Below are positions 17,761-28,425 of a DNA stretch of 58,303 nt, one piece after another (position 1 is the first letter of the stretch; each line of letters opens with the position of its first letter). The notes beneath the pieces are model-generated. The model searched no databases, was not told the DNA's origin, and was given only the letters and a program-made list of their open reading frames with translations. Position numbers and translations under genes: made by a program. The stretch covers positions 1 through 58,303 of IMG/VR virus record IMGVR_UViG_3300003324_000049; one strand, given 5' to 3'. The DNA is from a virus (Duplodnaviria; Caudoviricetes).

Positions 17761-20700
17761 TATTTCTTTGTCAGAGCTCCCTTCGCTACTGATATTTGGT
17801 TGTTAGTCTGTCGATAGATCTCAGACCTCGACAGGGCCTTAGGCGAGTTGTTGACCTGTGTGAAGTTCAACGTGGTACCCTCGGATGGTGTTGCACCAGA
17901 CTTACTAGCGACAACTTCCTGGTTTGCGAGTGTGGCGTTGGACAGAACCGTAGCCTTCGCATAGGTGCCAGCAACAGCAAGTGAAGGAGTAGTCGAAACC
18001 ATTCCGCCAATAAGACGTGAATCCTTCTTTACTGCAGACAGGTCGAGTACCGGACGTATTGTCGGACTTAGGTTGATGTTATCCATAGCAGCTGCTGTAG
18101 CGATGCCGGATATAGACTTCTGAAGAGTTGTGAGAGCTGTAGACCCCATATCTTCAGCAGCCGTTGCAACGACCCCAGACATACTGTTAAGACCGATAGC
18201 CATGCCTTCTGCTGACCAAGCACCAACCTTCTTGAATTCACGAGAAGGTGATTTAATCCCAAGGATATTTTTAGCCGCATCCAAAGCACTTCGACCAAGG
18301 TTGACCGCTCCATCGATAACGGACTGAATACCCGCACCAATACCGTTGACCATACCCTCGATAATTGCGCTGGCCAAGTTTCGACCAGCATCATCGAGTC
18401 GGCTACTGTTATTACGAATAGTGTCGGCAAGACCATTGATGAAATCAAGGATCAAGTCGGCACCAGCCTGCAGAAGCCTTGGTATTGCTCTACGAATACC
18501 GCCGATAAACTCGACAAGGATATTTACACCAGCGTCGACAATTCGACCGATACGACTGGCAATACCATTCAGGAAGTTGACGATGATATCGCCTGCAGCC
18601 TGAACAATCTTACCGATATTGTTCGCGATACCCCTAAGGATTCCGAGAACAATCTTCATACCCGAATCGACCATCAAAGGAATGGCTTTGACAAGCAGCT
18701 GAAGCAGCATCACGATCAGTTTCCACAGTGTGTCAATGATCTTTGGTGCTACCTGATCAATTGCCTTGAGGATGGTCATGATAAGTACCACAGCCGCATT
18801 CAAGAATGTTGGAGCAGCATTACCGATCACCCCTGCGAAGGCCACAATACCCTTTGCCAGTTCAGTCATCGCAAATGGAATCAGCTGTAGAATACCCATA
18901 AGCAATGCGACAAGCGCTGGAAGTGCGGCAACGCTAACTGCAGCCAGAAGTGCAAGTCCTGTGGCAAACGCCAAAGTACCCGCACCAACTGCAAGCAGTC
19001 CAAGACCCATCATGGCGATAGCTGTACCAAATGCCAAAATGACCGGTGTCAAAGGAGCAAGAATGAGACCCGACAATCCAAGCAGAACAAATATGCCTGC
19101 AAGTGCTGCAAGTCCATGGAGAATCTGATCCCATGACATATCACCAAGAGTCTTCAAAGCAGGCGCCAAGATAGTCATAGCTGCTGCAACTACAAATATA
19201 GCTGCGGCACCGGCAAGAGCCCCCGACATAGCATTTGTTGCTACGGCCATCAGAAGAAGTGAAGCAGCAAGAACTGTAAGGCCCTTACCAATCTCTTCCC
19301 AAGACATCCCACCCATGTCCTTGATTGCTGAAGCCATAATCTTCATAGCAGCGGCGATTGCCAGAATCCCAATTGCGTTAGCAAGGATATTCTTAGGCAT
19401 AGCCTGTACTGCTACAGTGATTGCCTTGAGAGCTACCGCCATGCCGAGAAGACCTGTGACCAAAGTCCCGAGGGGAATTGTGCCAAAGTCATTCACAGCA
19501 CTGGCAAATACCTTCATGGCGAGGCCGAGAACAACCATAGCTGCTGCCATTTTGAAGATTCCCGTTGGGTCTTTAATGGCATTGGTAAACTTCGACATGG
19601 TGTTCATGACGATGATCAGAGTTGCGAGACCCTGAACCAAATTACCAATACTCAGAGCAGCAAAGTCGGAAACTGCGCTAGCCATGAGCTTCAAAGCAAC
19701 ACCCAGAAGGATCATTCCGGCACCTGTAGCCAAAGCACCCTTATCGACCTTAGCTGTATTGGTAAAGATTGAAAGAGCTCTAAGGAGAATACCGACAGCA
19801 ACAAGACCCTTGATCATGTCGCCCCAGCTAATCGAGGAGAAGTCCTTTACAGCACTCGCCAGGATCTTAATAGCTATTGCAATCGCGATCATGCCGATAC
19901 CTGTAGCGATCAGGTTAGCCGCATTCTTCGACATCAGACTAGCGGCACGAGCAACTGCCTGAAGAAGAACTACAACACCAACGAGACCCTTGGTAAGCTC
20001 ACCCCAACTCAGTTTCGACAGCTTCTCGACTGCACTAGACAGAATGAGAAGTGCGATAGAGAGGAGGATAAGACCTGCTGCGAGGAAGGGCATCTTCATG
20101 ACTGCCGGTCCGGAAGACACCTTCTCAAATACTGCCAGCGCACCTGCAAGCAGAGTAAACATCACAGAGATTGCAATCAGAGCCTTTGTAAGGGCCGCCG
20201 AATCAATCAATGAGAGTACGACAATAGATGCCGTAAGGATACCGATAGCAATAGCAATCTTCATCAGGGTATCTGCCTGAAGATTCTTCTGCATAGCTTC
20301 AAGAGTTCCTGTTAGTCCCTCAAGTGCGCCGGTCACACCCTCAAACATCTTGTCGACGTTGCCGAGAATGCCATCCTTTAGTTCACCACCAAGACCGAGT
20401 CCACCCTTCACAAACTTCTTGAAGAGAAGAACGATACCGCCAAGAAGACCGGTGTTGATCATATCCAAGGTATCGTCGTAGTTGACGTCCTTGAATACGT
20501 TCGCCAGTTCCTTACCCATATCCTGGAACATCTTAACTACTGCTGTGCGGATTGGTTCGAGAGCGGTCCAAACCCTCTTACCAAGATCAACGATTCGATT
20601 AACGAAACGTTCAATCGACTGGATGCGTTCCCGAACTCGAGTGGTAATAAGTTCCCAAGTATCTACAACACCTGCGGCAAACTCACCAAGAGCTTGCTGA

Positions 20701-22823
20701 GTACCCTTACCAAGAGCTTTGAAAGACTGCTTGGTAATGAAGCTGAGTTCTTTAAGACCATCTTGGAATACCTTGACGCCCTTTTCCCAACCTCCATTTA
20801 CGAACGCATCGACAGTATCTCGAATAAGATCGCTGAACTGACGAATCGAACGTAGGGATGTCTCAATGGCACCCTTTACTGCATAGAATACAGGAATGAG
20901 TTTGGTGTGAAGACCGATGGCAGCAATCTCGATATTCTTGCGGAATACGTAGAACGACGCATCTGCCTTGATGAAGAAGATCGACATGATAACCCCGAGG
21001 TTCGAGAACACATGTCCGATAGTCCCGAAGACATTGCCGAGCATAGCACCAAGGTTCTTAGCGCCATCTTGCATCATTTTGAAGAATGCGTTTATGAATG
21101 AGAAGTTCTTAAGAGCCTTATTCAGGTTCTCGAAGAACTTACCAATCTGTTCGCCGGTTTTGTTGACTTCTTCCCCGCCACTGAAGAGTGCCCCAAAGAA
21201 AGCCCCAAAGATCTTGAGTACACCACCGATAATTGTGGTGCCAAGCTTAATGATGCTGAACAGGAATTTAGCTACTTGGAATAGCGCGTTTGTTGCGTCC
21301 TTACCGAGAATCAGACCTCGTGTGAAGTTCCTGATTAGGACAGTAAGGTCATACAACTGTTTACCCGTAGTTGGCGGGAAGACTTGCTGAAAGGCACGTC
21401 GAATCGGATTCAAGATACCCATAAGAGCCTTGAAGGCGTTCGACACAGCCTCAATCATGACTGTTCGACCACCGAGTTTATTCCAGTCGCCGAGCATCTT
21501 GTTTCGGGCGTCCGCAGAGGCCTGAACAATTCCACCAAGAACTTTGTAGACGTTGGTCCACATAGCCTTAGCCTGCTCGAAGTCGCCGAGAATAAGTCGC
21601 CAAGTCAAAGCCCAGCCGGAACCCGTGATTTCGCTAAGGGTTCCTGTCAGCTGAGAGAATGTCTTGATCTTGGTTGCAGCATCCTGAGCAGTCTTGGCCA
21701 TTTTCTGGATTCCAATGATCTGTTCGTCATTGTATCCCATAGCCTTAAGCTGCTTATCAGTCAAGTCACCAGTCATCTTAGCCAAGGTTTCATTCATGAC
21801 CTGAGTGGTAACCCAGCCTTCTTGCAGAGACTGTCGGAAGCTACCATTCTTCTGAATAAGGTAGTCGACGTTCTTTCCCTGGTTTCGAGCAGTCTCGATA
21901 AGCGCATCCTGGAAGACTTTACCACCCATACCAGCATTGACTACTGAGTTCCAGTCCTCAAGTCCAACCTTACCGGCGGACATTGCCTGAGAAAGCTGGT
22001 ACATAGCAGTAGATGCCTGCTGAGAGTTTGAGCCTGAGAGAGCAGCAAGGTTGGCGATACCCTTAATAGCTGCAGTTGAGTCATCCAGACTAACGCCGGC
22101 AGCCGTAAAGGTACCGATGTTGTTAGCCATTTCGGAGAAGTTGTAGATGGTCTTATCCGAATATGTGTTCAGCTCATCGAGAGCCCGGTTAACATCCTTT
22201 AGGTTCTTGCCCTCATGCTGCGTATTTGCAAGAATAGTCTGAATAGAACCGATGTTGGTTTCATATTCTTCCAGACCAGACTTTGCAGGATCGATAACAA
22301 AGTTTGCTGCCATTTGAGCACCAACCACGGCTGCCTTGGCACCCAATGCGGCAAGTGCGGCTATGCCTACGACAGACATGGCTGAGAACTTGTTAGAGAC
22401 CTTATCAATGCTGTTGACTACGGAGTTAAGATCGACCTTCTTCGCAGCCATATCCAAATCACCAAGGCGAGTGATAGCAGTGTTTACGCCATTCATCATG
22501 ACCTGCATACCACGCTGGAAACCTGTAGCATTTGGATTAATTGTTACATTCTTGCCAGCTTTATCGAGGTCGGCGAGTTTCTTCATCGTGTTATCGGCAG
22601 TACCGGAAACAGACTTCGCACTTGCGTCGAACTCTTTATTGCTAAGTTTTAGGATGAGACCTTTACCCTTTTGGGCAAGATCGTCAAGGCTTTTCTTTGC
22701 AGAATCGAGGTTCAAACTCTTCTTGAGCCCATCCAATGAAGTCTGGGTAGACCTAATCCCAGCTTCGAATTGTTTACCATCAAACTTCATAGAGACGATG
22801 TGTTCGTCAATAGTAGTGCTCAT
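17760..22823 (-). CDS. Tape measure protein (1687 aa)
   Basis: Tape-measure domain (LNTYSDKTIYNFSEM...), Ala/Gly/Leu-rich periodic helices. Confidence 0.95.
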   Translation of the reverse strand: MSTTIDEHIVSMKFDGKQFEAGIRSTQTSLDGLKKSLNLDSAKKSLDDLAQKGKGLILKLSNKEFDASAKSVSGTADNTMKKLADLDKAGKNVTINPNATGFQRGMQVMMNGVNTAITRLGDLDMAAKKVDLNSVVNSIDKVSNKFSAMSVVGIAALAALGAKAAVVGAQMAANFVIDPAKSGLEEYETNIGSIQTILANTQHEGKNLKDVNRALDELNTYSDKTIYNFSEMANNIGTFTAAGVSLDDSTAAIKGIANLAALSGSNSQQASTAMYQLSQAMSAGKVGLEDWNSVVNAGMGGKVFQDALIETARNQGKNVDYLIQKNGSFRQSLQEGWVTTQVMNETLAKMTGDLTDKQLKAMGYNDEQIIGIQKMAKTAQDAATKIKTFSQLTGTLSEITGSGWALTWRLILGDFEQAKAMWTNVYKVLGGIVQASADARNKMLGDWNKLGGRTVMIEAVSNAFKALMGILNPIRRAFQQVFPPTTGKQLYDLTVLIRNFTRGLILGKDATNALFQVAKFLFSIIKLGTTIIGGVLKIFGAFFGALFSGGEEVNKTGEQIGKFFENLNKALKNFSFINAFFKMMQDGAKNLGAMLGNVFGTIGHVFSNLGVIMSIFFIKADASFYVFRKNIEIAAIGLHTKLIPVFYAVKGAIETSLRSIRQFSDLIRDTVDAFVNGGWEKGVKVFQDGLKELSFITKQSFKALGKGTQQALGEFAAGVVDTWELITTRVRERIQSIERFVNRIVDLGKRVWTALEPIRTAVVKMFQDMGKELANVFKDVNYDDTLDMINTGLLGGIVLLFKKFVKGGLGLGGELKDGILGNVDKMFEGVTGALEGLTGTLEAMQKNLQADTLMKIAIAIGILTASIVVLSLIDSAALTKALIAISVMFTLLAGALAVFEKVSSGPAVMKMPFLAAGLILLSIALLILSSAVEKLSKLSWGELTKGLVGVVVLLQAVARAASLMSKNAANLIATGIGMIAIAIAIKILASAVKDFSSISWGDMIKGLVAVGILLRALSIFTNTAKVDKGALATGAGMILLGVALKLMASAVSDFAALSIGNLVQGLATLIIVMNTMSKFTNAIKDPTGIFKMAAAMVVLGLAMKVFASAVNDFGTIPLGTLVTGLLGMAVALKAITVAVQAMPKNILANAIGILAIAAAMKIMASAIKDMGGMSWEEIGKGLTVLAASLLLMAVATNAMSGALAGAAAIFVVAAAMTILAPALKTLGDMSWDQILHGLAALAGIFVLLGLSGLILAPLTPVILAFGTAIAMMGLGLLAVGAGTLAFATGLALLAAVSVAALPALVALLMGILQLIPFAMTELAKGIVAFAGVIGNAAPTFLNAAVVLIMTILKAIDQVAPKIIDTLWKLIVMLLQLLVKAIPLMVDSGMKIVLGILRGIANNIGKIVQAAGDIIVNFLNGIASRIGRIVDAGVNILVEFIGGIRRAIPRLLQAGADLILDFINGLADTIRNNSSRLDDAGRNLASAIIEGMVNGIGAGIQSVIDGAVNLGRSALDAAKNILGIKSPSREFKKVGAWSAEGMAIGLNSMSGVVATAAEDMGSTALTTLQKSISGIATAAAMDNINLSPTIRPVLDLSAVKKDSRLIGGMVSTTPSLAVAGTYAKATVLSNATLANQEVVASKSGATPSEGTTLNFTQVNNSPKALSRSEIYRQTNNQISVAKGALTKK

Positions 22824-23206
22824 ACAGATTTCACCTCTTTTCTAACGCTTTCTGCAATGTGATCAAAGACGGGTTTCATGGCAGGATTGATGAAGTCCCG
22901 TCCTTTTACATACCCACCGGTTCCTGTAGCGTGTCCGTATTGCAGAAGAATTGCAACAGGCTCTCCATCTACAGTCATGTGAGAGTTGGTCCAAAGAATA
23001 GACACCGACCCCCTGGAGCGTTTGATCTTAAAACCCCAGGAGGTCGATGTCTCGGCAGAGTCAACAGGCGTTGCTTTGGAGAGAGCCGCGACGCCCTCCT
23101 TAGCATACTTCTCCAAATTGTTCAGAAAATCCCCCTTGGACAATTTGCGAAGGTAGCGATCAGTATTTTTAAAGAGACCGCTCGAAGAGCTAACTGAAAC
23201 GCCCAT
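22820..23206 (-). CDS. HK97 gp10-like tail completion protein
   Basis: TPVDS...SW and LQYGH.T..G..V.G..FINPA motifs. Confidence 0.75.
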   Translation of the reverse strand: MGVSVSSSSGLFKNTDRYLRKLSKGDFLNNLEKYAKEGVAALSKATPVDSAETSTSWGFKIKRSRGSVSILWTNSHMTVDGEPVAILLQYGHATGTGGYVKGRDFINPAMKPVFDHIAESVRKEVKSV

Positions 23207-23227
23207 TGACTACTCCTATTTTGATTG

Positions 23228-24805
23228 TTATACAGGGAAGTTATCGATCGGCATGTTGAAGCCGGTTGCAATTTCCAAGAACACGCCCGCAGGAATGTTC
23301 ACAGAAGTACCACTCTGCTGTCGCATCATGATTTCACCGGAATAGAAGTTAATAAACACCTGAACCGGCAGGTTGAAACCCGCTCCAGCAAGCCATCCCT
23401 GTAGATACTTCGATGTCAAAGCGCTGTTTAGAATCGCTCGAATGTTGGTTGGAATAACTAGACCGCATGAGACAAAGGTGTTTGCCATCGCTAAGTTTGG
23501 AGCCCCAGCAGATCGTTCCAAATGAATGTCGATTTCAAACTGCTTGTAGCTACCAATGTCTTTGACTACGAAGCTACCCCTGTTTGTCCAGTTGGTTGGT
23601 GACAGAGGTGTATAGGCATCTGTCCCATCTGGTGTTGTATATGGTGTTCCACCTGCACGAAGGAAGGATCGATACAGGTTCCATACAGGACCAGCATCTG
23701 TCCACCCTGTGTAGAAGAGACGGAATCCATGAACACCATTCTCAACAGCCGGAACCATTGTTGACCGGTAGAGCTGATCATGCTCACCCGCTTGATACAT
23801 GGGTACAATAGTCTTTGCTGATGACTCAAAGGTGTATCCGTCATACGATTGCATGAAGTGGAGTTCGCCGTTAGCGCCGTTCTGATCCAGATCACAGGTA
23901 TTCAGAAGACCAAAGTATTTACCCCCATGTTTCATCATAAAGATGTGCCATGGTTCCTTACCCGCCGGAAGAGCATTGTGTGTTGGGTAGTCGATAGCGC
24001 CCCACTCAGCCATGGATGCCGGAACATTTGAGTTTGCACTCTTCCTTCGAATAACCCTATTTGGCGATGACGTGATGTCAACACCCCACATAGTCCATTT
24101 ACCATCTTCAAATATGAGAGATGGCGACATGATTCGTAGCACATCCTGATCGAGGATGTGGAATGTTGTAGGTCCTACCCAGTTAACGCCATCTTTTGTC
24201 TTAAAATAACGGAACTGCTCTTCAGTACCACCATTGTCGACAGAAGCTGCCCAACGATAGAACAGATACATAGTGTCATCTGGTCCCATTTTGAGGTCTA
24301 CGTCTGAGTGATACTCAGGCTGACCCGTCGCATCGGCTAGAGGGTTGGTTACCCCAGCAGGAACCTGCCATGAAATTCCGTTATTGGAAACGACGATGTT
24401 TGGATCTTCATGATCGTCGTTTCCACCGGGATATGGAGTATGGGCAAGCCAATACTTCCATTTAGCGGGAGACCCCCACCCCTCTGGAAAGAATAGCGCA
24501 GAAGGGTGGGTAGTCTGACCCGGGTTTGAGATGTGTGTAGGAATGTTCATTCGAGTTCCGACAGGCGCCGAAATCTTATCAACATTGAAGTTCATCTCAA
24601 TGGGCACATCATCTTTTACGTTACCCATATCGAATGGACGACCTGTGTAATAACCCAGATCCTTCCAAACTTTTGTACCATCTCCGAACTTAAGGAGACC
24701 TGTATCGGTCTCCAAACCAACTTCACCGGAATTGAGCACCGGGTTGGTTGAAGCCCATGAAGCGGCAGTTCCTCTCCGAGGCTGAATTACAGTTTGTGCT
24801 GGCAT
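23228..24805 (-). CDS. Tail fibre/receptor-binding protein with Mtd_N-like anchor and beta-propeller glycoside hydrolase-like domain
   Basis: IQPRRGTAA.W...NPVL..GEVG.ETDT anchor; HPS, TPYP, EDP, SNNG.SW, SPS and PWH repeats. Confidence 0.75.
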   Translation of the reverse strand: MPAQTVIQPRRGTAASWASTNPVLNSGEVGLETDTGLLKFGDGTKVWKDLGYYTGRPFDMGNVKDDVPIEMNFNVDKISAPVGTRMNIPTHISNPGQTTHPSALFFPEGWGSPAKWKYWLAHTPYPGGNDDHEDPNIVVSNNGISWQVPAGVTNPLADATGQPEYHSDVDLKMGPDDTMYLFYRWAASVDNGGTEEQFRYFKTKDGVNWVGPTTFHILDQDVLRIMSPSLIFEDGKWTMWGVDITSSPNRVIRRKSANSNVPASMAEWGAIDYPTHNALPAGKEPWHIFMMKHGGKYFGLLNTCDLDQNGANGELHFMQSYDGYTFESSAKTIVPMYQAGEHDQLYRSTMVPAVENGVHGFRLFYTGWTDAGPVWNLYRSFLRAGGTPYTTPDGTDAYTPLSPTNWTNRGSFVVKDIGSYKQFEIDIHLERSAGAPNLAMANTFVSCGLVIPTNIRAILNSALTSKYLQGWLAGAGFNLPVQVFINFYSGEIMMRQQSGTSVNIPAGVFLEIATGFNMPIDNFPV

Positions 24806-24808
24806 AAG

Positions 24809-25885
24809 TTAAGGTGTTCCTCCATCGATCGACAGAATATCTGCCGAGGTGTGCGTGTGAGAAAGTGCAGCTTTACCAGCAAGAGCTGTAGAAGTTGCAC
24901 TAGAGATCGGCTTGTTTGCATCCGAGGTGTTGTCGACGTTGCCAAGACCAACATGCGACTTGGTAAGACCGGTAACACCAGTAACACCCGAGAAGCTGGG
25001 GGTACCTGTGAATGCGGGAGATGCAAGGTTTGCTTTGAGGTCGAGTGCAGCCTGCTGAGCGGTAGAAACCGGCTTTGCCGAGTCAGCAGTGTTGTTGACA
25101 GAACCCAGACCAACTGCGGCAGAGTTCAGAGTCTGCCAAGTCTTATCGCCACGGTAGTACTGTGCAGTAGTACCCGCGGCAATTGTGCCTTCCTTTGCAT
25201 TCAGAGCAGTCTGAGTTGCAGAAGAAATCGGCTTGCTTGCATCCGAAGTGTTGTCGACGTTTGCAAGACCAACATCCGACTTGGTCAGAACAACTGCGCC
25301 AGTGCGACCAGCAACAGAGGAAACCGCACCCGTGGTGACAACTTCCAACCAGTCGGCGAGGGTGCCCGGGCTGTCGGTGGAAAGAATAAAGGTCTTTCCG
25401 ATATCCGAACGAATAGCAACGTCACCACGTTCTGCCGTCAGCGCAAGCATTGCTGCCTGAGAGGCTACAGGATAGGTGTTGCTGATTGCGATCGGAGGCA
25501 ACTGAGCCGTCGAAATGGTTCCGGTGATTTCCGAGAAGGCGAAGGTCTTGTTACCCGCCATTGCCGTGGTACCCGTGGTACCAATGACAAGATTCGAGGT
25601 TCCCGCACCAATCGTCGCACGAACCGAGGCCGCGTCCGGATCCTGAAGGATATCCTTACCGATAGTCGAAGCATCTGAAAGCTGCGAAACCGTGTGAGTG
25701 TGTACGAGGTTGGCTTTGTCGGCACCGTTATAAGCGAGTGAATTCCATGCCGTAGCACCATCACCGAGCTTGAATTTATAGGTGTCGGTTTCGAAGCCGA
25801 CTTCACCGGCTGCAAGAACCGGGTTTGCAGTAGTCCACGCAGCGGCAGTACCCCTACGCGGCTGAATTACAGTTTGTGCTGGCAT
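24809..25885 (-). CDS. Tail fibre protein with Mtd_N-like anchor and internal repeats
   Basis: Same N-terminus as 23228..24805; three VGL.NV.NT.D..KP.S.A..AL repeats; HTH fibre motifs. Confidence 0.85.
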   Translation of the reverse strand: MPAQTVIQPRRGTAAAWTTANPVLAAGEVGFETDTYKFKLGDGATAWNSLAYNGADKANLVHTHTVSQLSDASTIGKDILQDPDAASVRATIGAGTSNLVIGTTGTTAMAGNKTFAFSEITGTISTAQLPPIAISNTYPVASQAAMLALTAERGDVAIRSDIGKTFILSTDSPGTLADWLEVVTTGAVSSVAGRTGAVVLTKSDVGLANVDNTSDASKPISSATQTALNAKEGTIAAGTTAQYYRGDKTWQTLNSAAVGLGSVNNTADSAKPVSTAQQAALDLKANLASPAFTGTPSFSGVTGVTGLTKSHVGLGNVDNTSDANKPISSATSTALAGKAALSHTHTSADILSIDGGTP

Positions 25886-25910
25886 GTGTCCCCCTTGTTA
25901 AGAACGTGAA

Positions 25911-26351
25911 TTACGGACTTCCGCCGTCTACTTTTTTTACGTTCCAGTTGCCTGGATTGTATACATCATCAGAAGTGAAAGCAGCTTTTGCTGTCACCAC
26001 ATCACCGTCAGGATTTACTACCGCAGCATTAATTGGGTAGAAAGTCCTCGGTTTAAATTTTGTTACAACACTAGCCCTAAGGGAGTCTTCGGAAAGTCGA
26101 TCGGGCATATTTGCCTCAAGCAACTTTGCGTTTGCATCGAGAGCCGCCAAACCTAAAGCGATGCCTTTTTCCGAAATATTCAGCTTAGAAGCTAGCAATG
26201 CAATGGCTGATGCCGATGCCATATATTCGGTCGAGCCTGTGGCAGGAGCAAAAACCGCATGTAGTTCCGGAGAATCAGCAATAGCTTGACGAATCTCAGG
26301 AGCGAAGACGTTGTCGCCATCCACTCCTGGAAACACAATATAATCGGTCAT
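25911..26351 (-). CDS. Minor tail protein
   Basis: G.A.LD..K motif; C-terminal VDGGSP like the neighbouring fibre. Confidence 0.65.
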   Translation of the reverse strand: MTDYIVFPGVDGDNVFAPEIRQAIADSPELHAVFAPATGSTEYMASASAIALLASKLNISEKGIALGLAALDANAKLLEANMPDRLSEDSLRASVVTKFKPRTFYPINAAVVNPDGDVVTAKAAFTSDDVYNPGNWNVKKVDGGSP

Positions 26352-26364
26352 GGCATTTCCTTAT

Positions 26365-26661
26365 TTAAGTTGGAAGGCCAACGATCCTACGAGCAGCTAC
26401 CTCAGAGATTCCGGCATCGATAAGTTCCTGCGCAGCTTCTTGCTTTGCAGCTACGTCGTCGGCTGATTCGACAGGGGCGGGTGTTGTGGCTTGCTGAGGA
26501 GCACTCCAGTTGTCACCGTCCTTTGTCCAACCAATTGAGACTTCATTGGGTGCTGCGAGTAGCAGATGACCACTCGGCGGGGTGTAATGATCGGAAATAT
26601 CCAGAAGGATAACGTTGACTACTTTAGTTCCATCAACAATTGCATATTTTTGTGCGCCCAT
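26365..26661 (-). CDS. Tail fibre assembly-like small protein
   Basis: YAIV....VVNVI...IGW..DG..W pattern following the glycine-rich fibre. Confidence 0.65.
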   Translation of the reverse strand: MGAQKYAIVDGTKVVNVILLDISDHYTPPSGHLLLAAPNEVSIGWTKDGDNWSAPQQATTPAPVESADDVAAKQEAAQELIDAGISEVAARRIVGLPT

Positions 26662-27590
26662 TAGAAGAATACCTCCACGATAACGAGACCTGCTGCACCG
26701 GCACCACCAGAAGCCGAAGCCCCATTTTGGTTTACGGCAGCGCCACCACCGCCTCCGCCATACAAAGTTCCAGGAGCACCTGCTAGAGAGCTTCCGGTAG
26801 CACCATTGTAGGTACCGAAACCACCGGCTCCGAAGAGCGAGGACCCACCGACTCCGCCATGGGCAAGAGAAGCATTTCCACTACCAAAGTTTCCAGGGGA
26901 ACCTTTAATGAGAATAGTTCCAGCAGTCGGAGTTCCACCTGCCCCACCAATAGCGCCAATCATCAAAGCAGTGTCAGCAAACGATGCTCCACCATTGCCG
27001 CCATTAGCAGCAGCATGTGTTCCAAATGACGTTGCGCCACCTGTACCGCCCGCGCCACCAGCGCCACCACCGCCACCTGCACCGATCGTGATGGTTTCAG
27101 AAGCGGCAAGTTGGTCTGCGAGAATAAATTTCTCAGCATATCCACCACTACCTCCACCTGCACCGGATGAGTGGTTTCCAGAACTAGCCGCAGCAGCGCC
27201 ACCACCACCGCCACCTCCACCTACGGCACGAACTCGAATTGCTCGAAGACCGGGGTAGTTGGTCTTAACGAAAGTGCCACTAGATGTGTAGAAAATGGGA
27301 GAGCCCATAGGGCGATAGCCCGAACGTGTAGCAAGAACGTTGGCGAGAGTGAATGGCGTGATAGCTCGTGTGGTATCAGTTCCCGCGATAGCCTCTGTGG
27401 CGTCGGCAATTTCGATACCGCCAGGAGCTTCTTCAGTAGCCAAATATGTTGTAATAGGACCAGCATCAACAGTTGCGCCGCCCCTATTAACGAGAATAAG
27501 GTGGCCCACTTCATCAATGTAGCCATTTACAATTGAGGCATTCTCAATCTCGAGCATTCGACCAGCGGTAAGACCTGTTACTGTAGCCAT
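26661..27590 (-). CDS. Glycine-rich minor tail protein
   Basis: Poly-Gly C-terminal domain (VGGGGGGGG...GAAGLVIVE). Confidence 0.85.
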   Translation of the reverse strand: MATVTGLTAGRMLEIENASIVNGYIDEVGHLILVNRGGATVDAGPITTYLATEEAPGGIEIADATEAIAGTDTTRAITPFTLANVLATRSGYRPMGSPIFYTSSGTFVKTNYPGLRAIRVRAVGGGGGGGGAAAASSGNHSSGAGGGSGGYAEKFILADQLAASETITIGAGGGGGAGGAGGTGGATSFGTHAAANGGNGGASFADTALMIGAIGGAGGTPTAGTILIKGSPGNFGSGNASLAHGGVGGSSLFGAGGFGTYNGATGSSLAGAPGTLYGGGGGGAAVNQNGASASGGAGAAGLVIVEVFF

Positions 27591-27605
27591 AAGGTTTCTC
27601 CTTTC

Positions 27606-28406
27606 TTATAGAGAACTGATAGTGTACGAAGTTTCATCAATCATCAGAGCCGATGGCCAAGATATCTGGAATTCCGTATCATTGAGCATTGTAATGACGT
27701 CGTCGGGACCTTCAGCAGTCCATGTTCCATCGCCATTATCGGTAATCTTGAGGAGAGCGTTGTCTACGAATAGAGCAATTAGTTCCTCAGGTGTCGGCAG
27801 GGTTGGTGGCGTATCGACAGTTCCATAAAGGAGTTCTTCGACAGCTTTTACAACCCATGGCCATGTTGTACGAGTATCCATAACAATATGAGCACTACGT
27901 GAAGCACCAGAAACTGGAATTGGCTTAGTTGTAATGTCCCAACTAAACTTAGAGACTTCCTGCTCTTCGGTAAGGCTCATATTTTCCCGTGAAGAAGGAC
28001 GAGCCAAAGCGTTATAGACTATATGGATCTTGTATCCGAAGTCCAAAGCCTTTTCATCATTACCGATTAGAGTTCGATATGAGAAACCGAAAGGTTTTCT
28101 CTTCTGCTGGGTAGCAAAGAGACCTTTGGACTCATTATCGATTGCAGTAATCCCTTCACATTCAAGGAATTCATCGGGATAGGTAAAGGCCTCTATTGTA
28201 GCCTCATACTCTTCCCTTGTCGATTGATTGATGTACTTAACACCATCAACATAGATGGGTTGGGCATCTCCACCAGAAGGAGACTCGTTGACCGCGATCA
28301 ACCCATCCCAGGCAACGCCGTCCAATCCGGGAATATACAGGACTCCACGATCCACGCCAGCTTCAAAGTAGCGTTTGCCGTAATCTCCCCAAATGAGTTC
28401 AGTCAT
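27606..28406 (-). CDS. Second major-tail-like protein
   Basis: Paralog of 29012..29884 (E.GV..GVLY, AW.GL..V.ESPSG, EAFTYP.EF, GYKIH.VY). Confidence 0.85.
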   Translation of the reverse strand: MTELIWGDYGKRYFEAGVDRGVLYIPGLDGVAWDGLIAVNESPSGGDAQPIYVDGVKYINQSTREEYEATIEAFTYPDEFLECEGITAIDNESKGLFATQQKRKPFGFSYRTLIGNDEKALDFGYKIHIVYNALARPSSRENMSLTEEQEVSKFSWDITTKPIPVSGASRSAHIVMDTRTTWPWVVKAVEELLYGTVDTPPTLPTPEELIALFVDNALLKITDNGDGTWTAEGPDDVITMLNDTEFQISWPSALMIDETSYTISSL

Positions 28407-28425
28407 TATCGCCTCCTTTCAATGG

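Noticed and set aside
23228-25885. Diversity-generating retroelement suggested by the Mtd_N-like domains
   Set aside because: No reverse transcriptase and no TR/VR pair differing at adenines was seen
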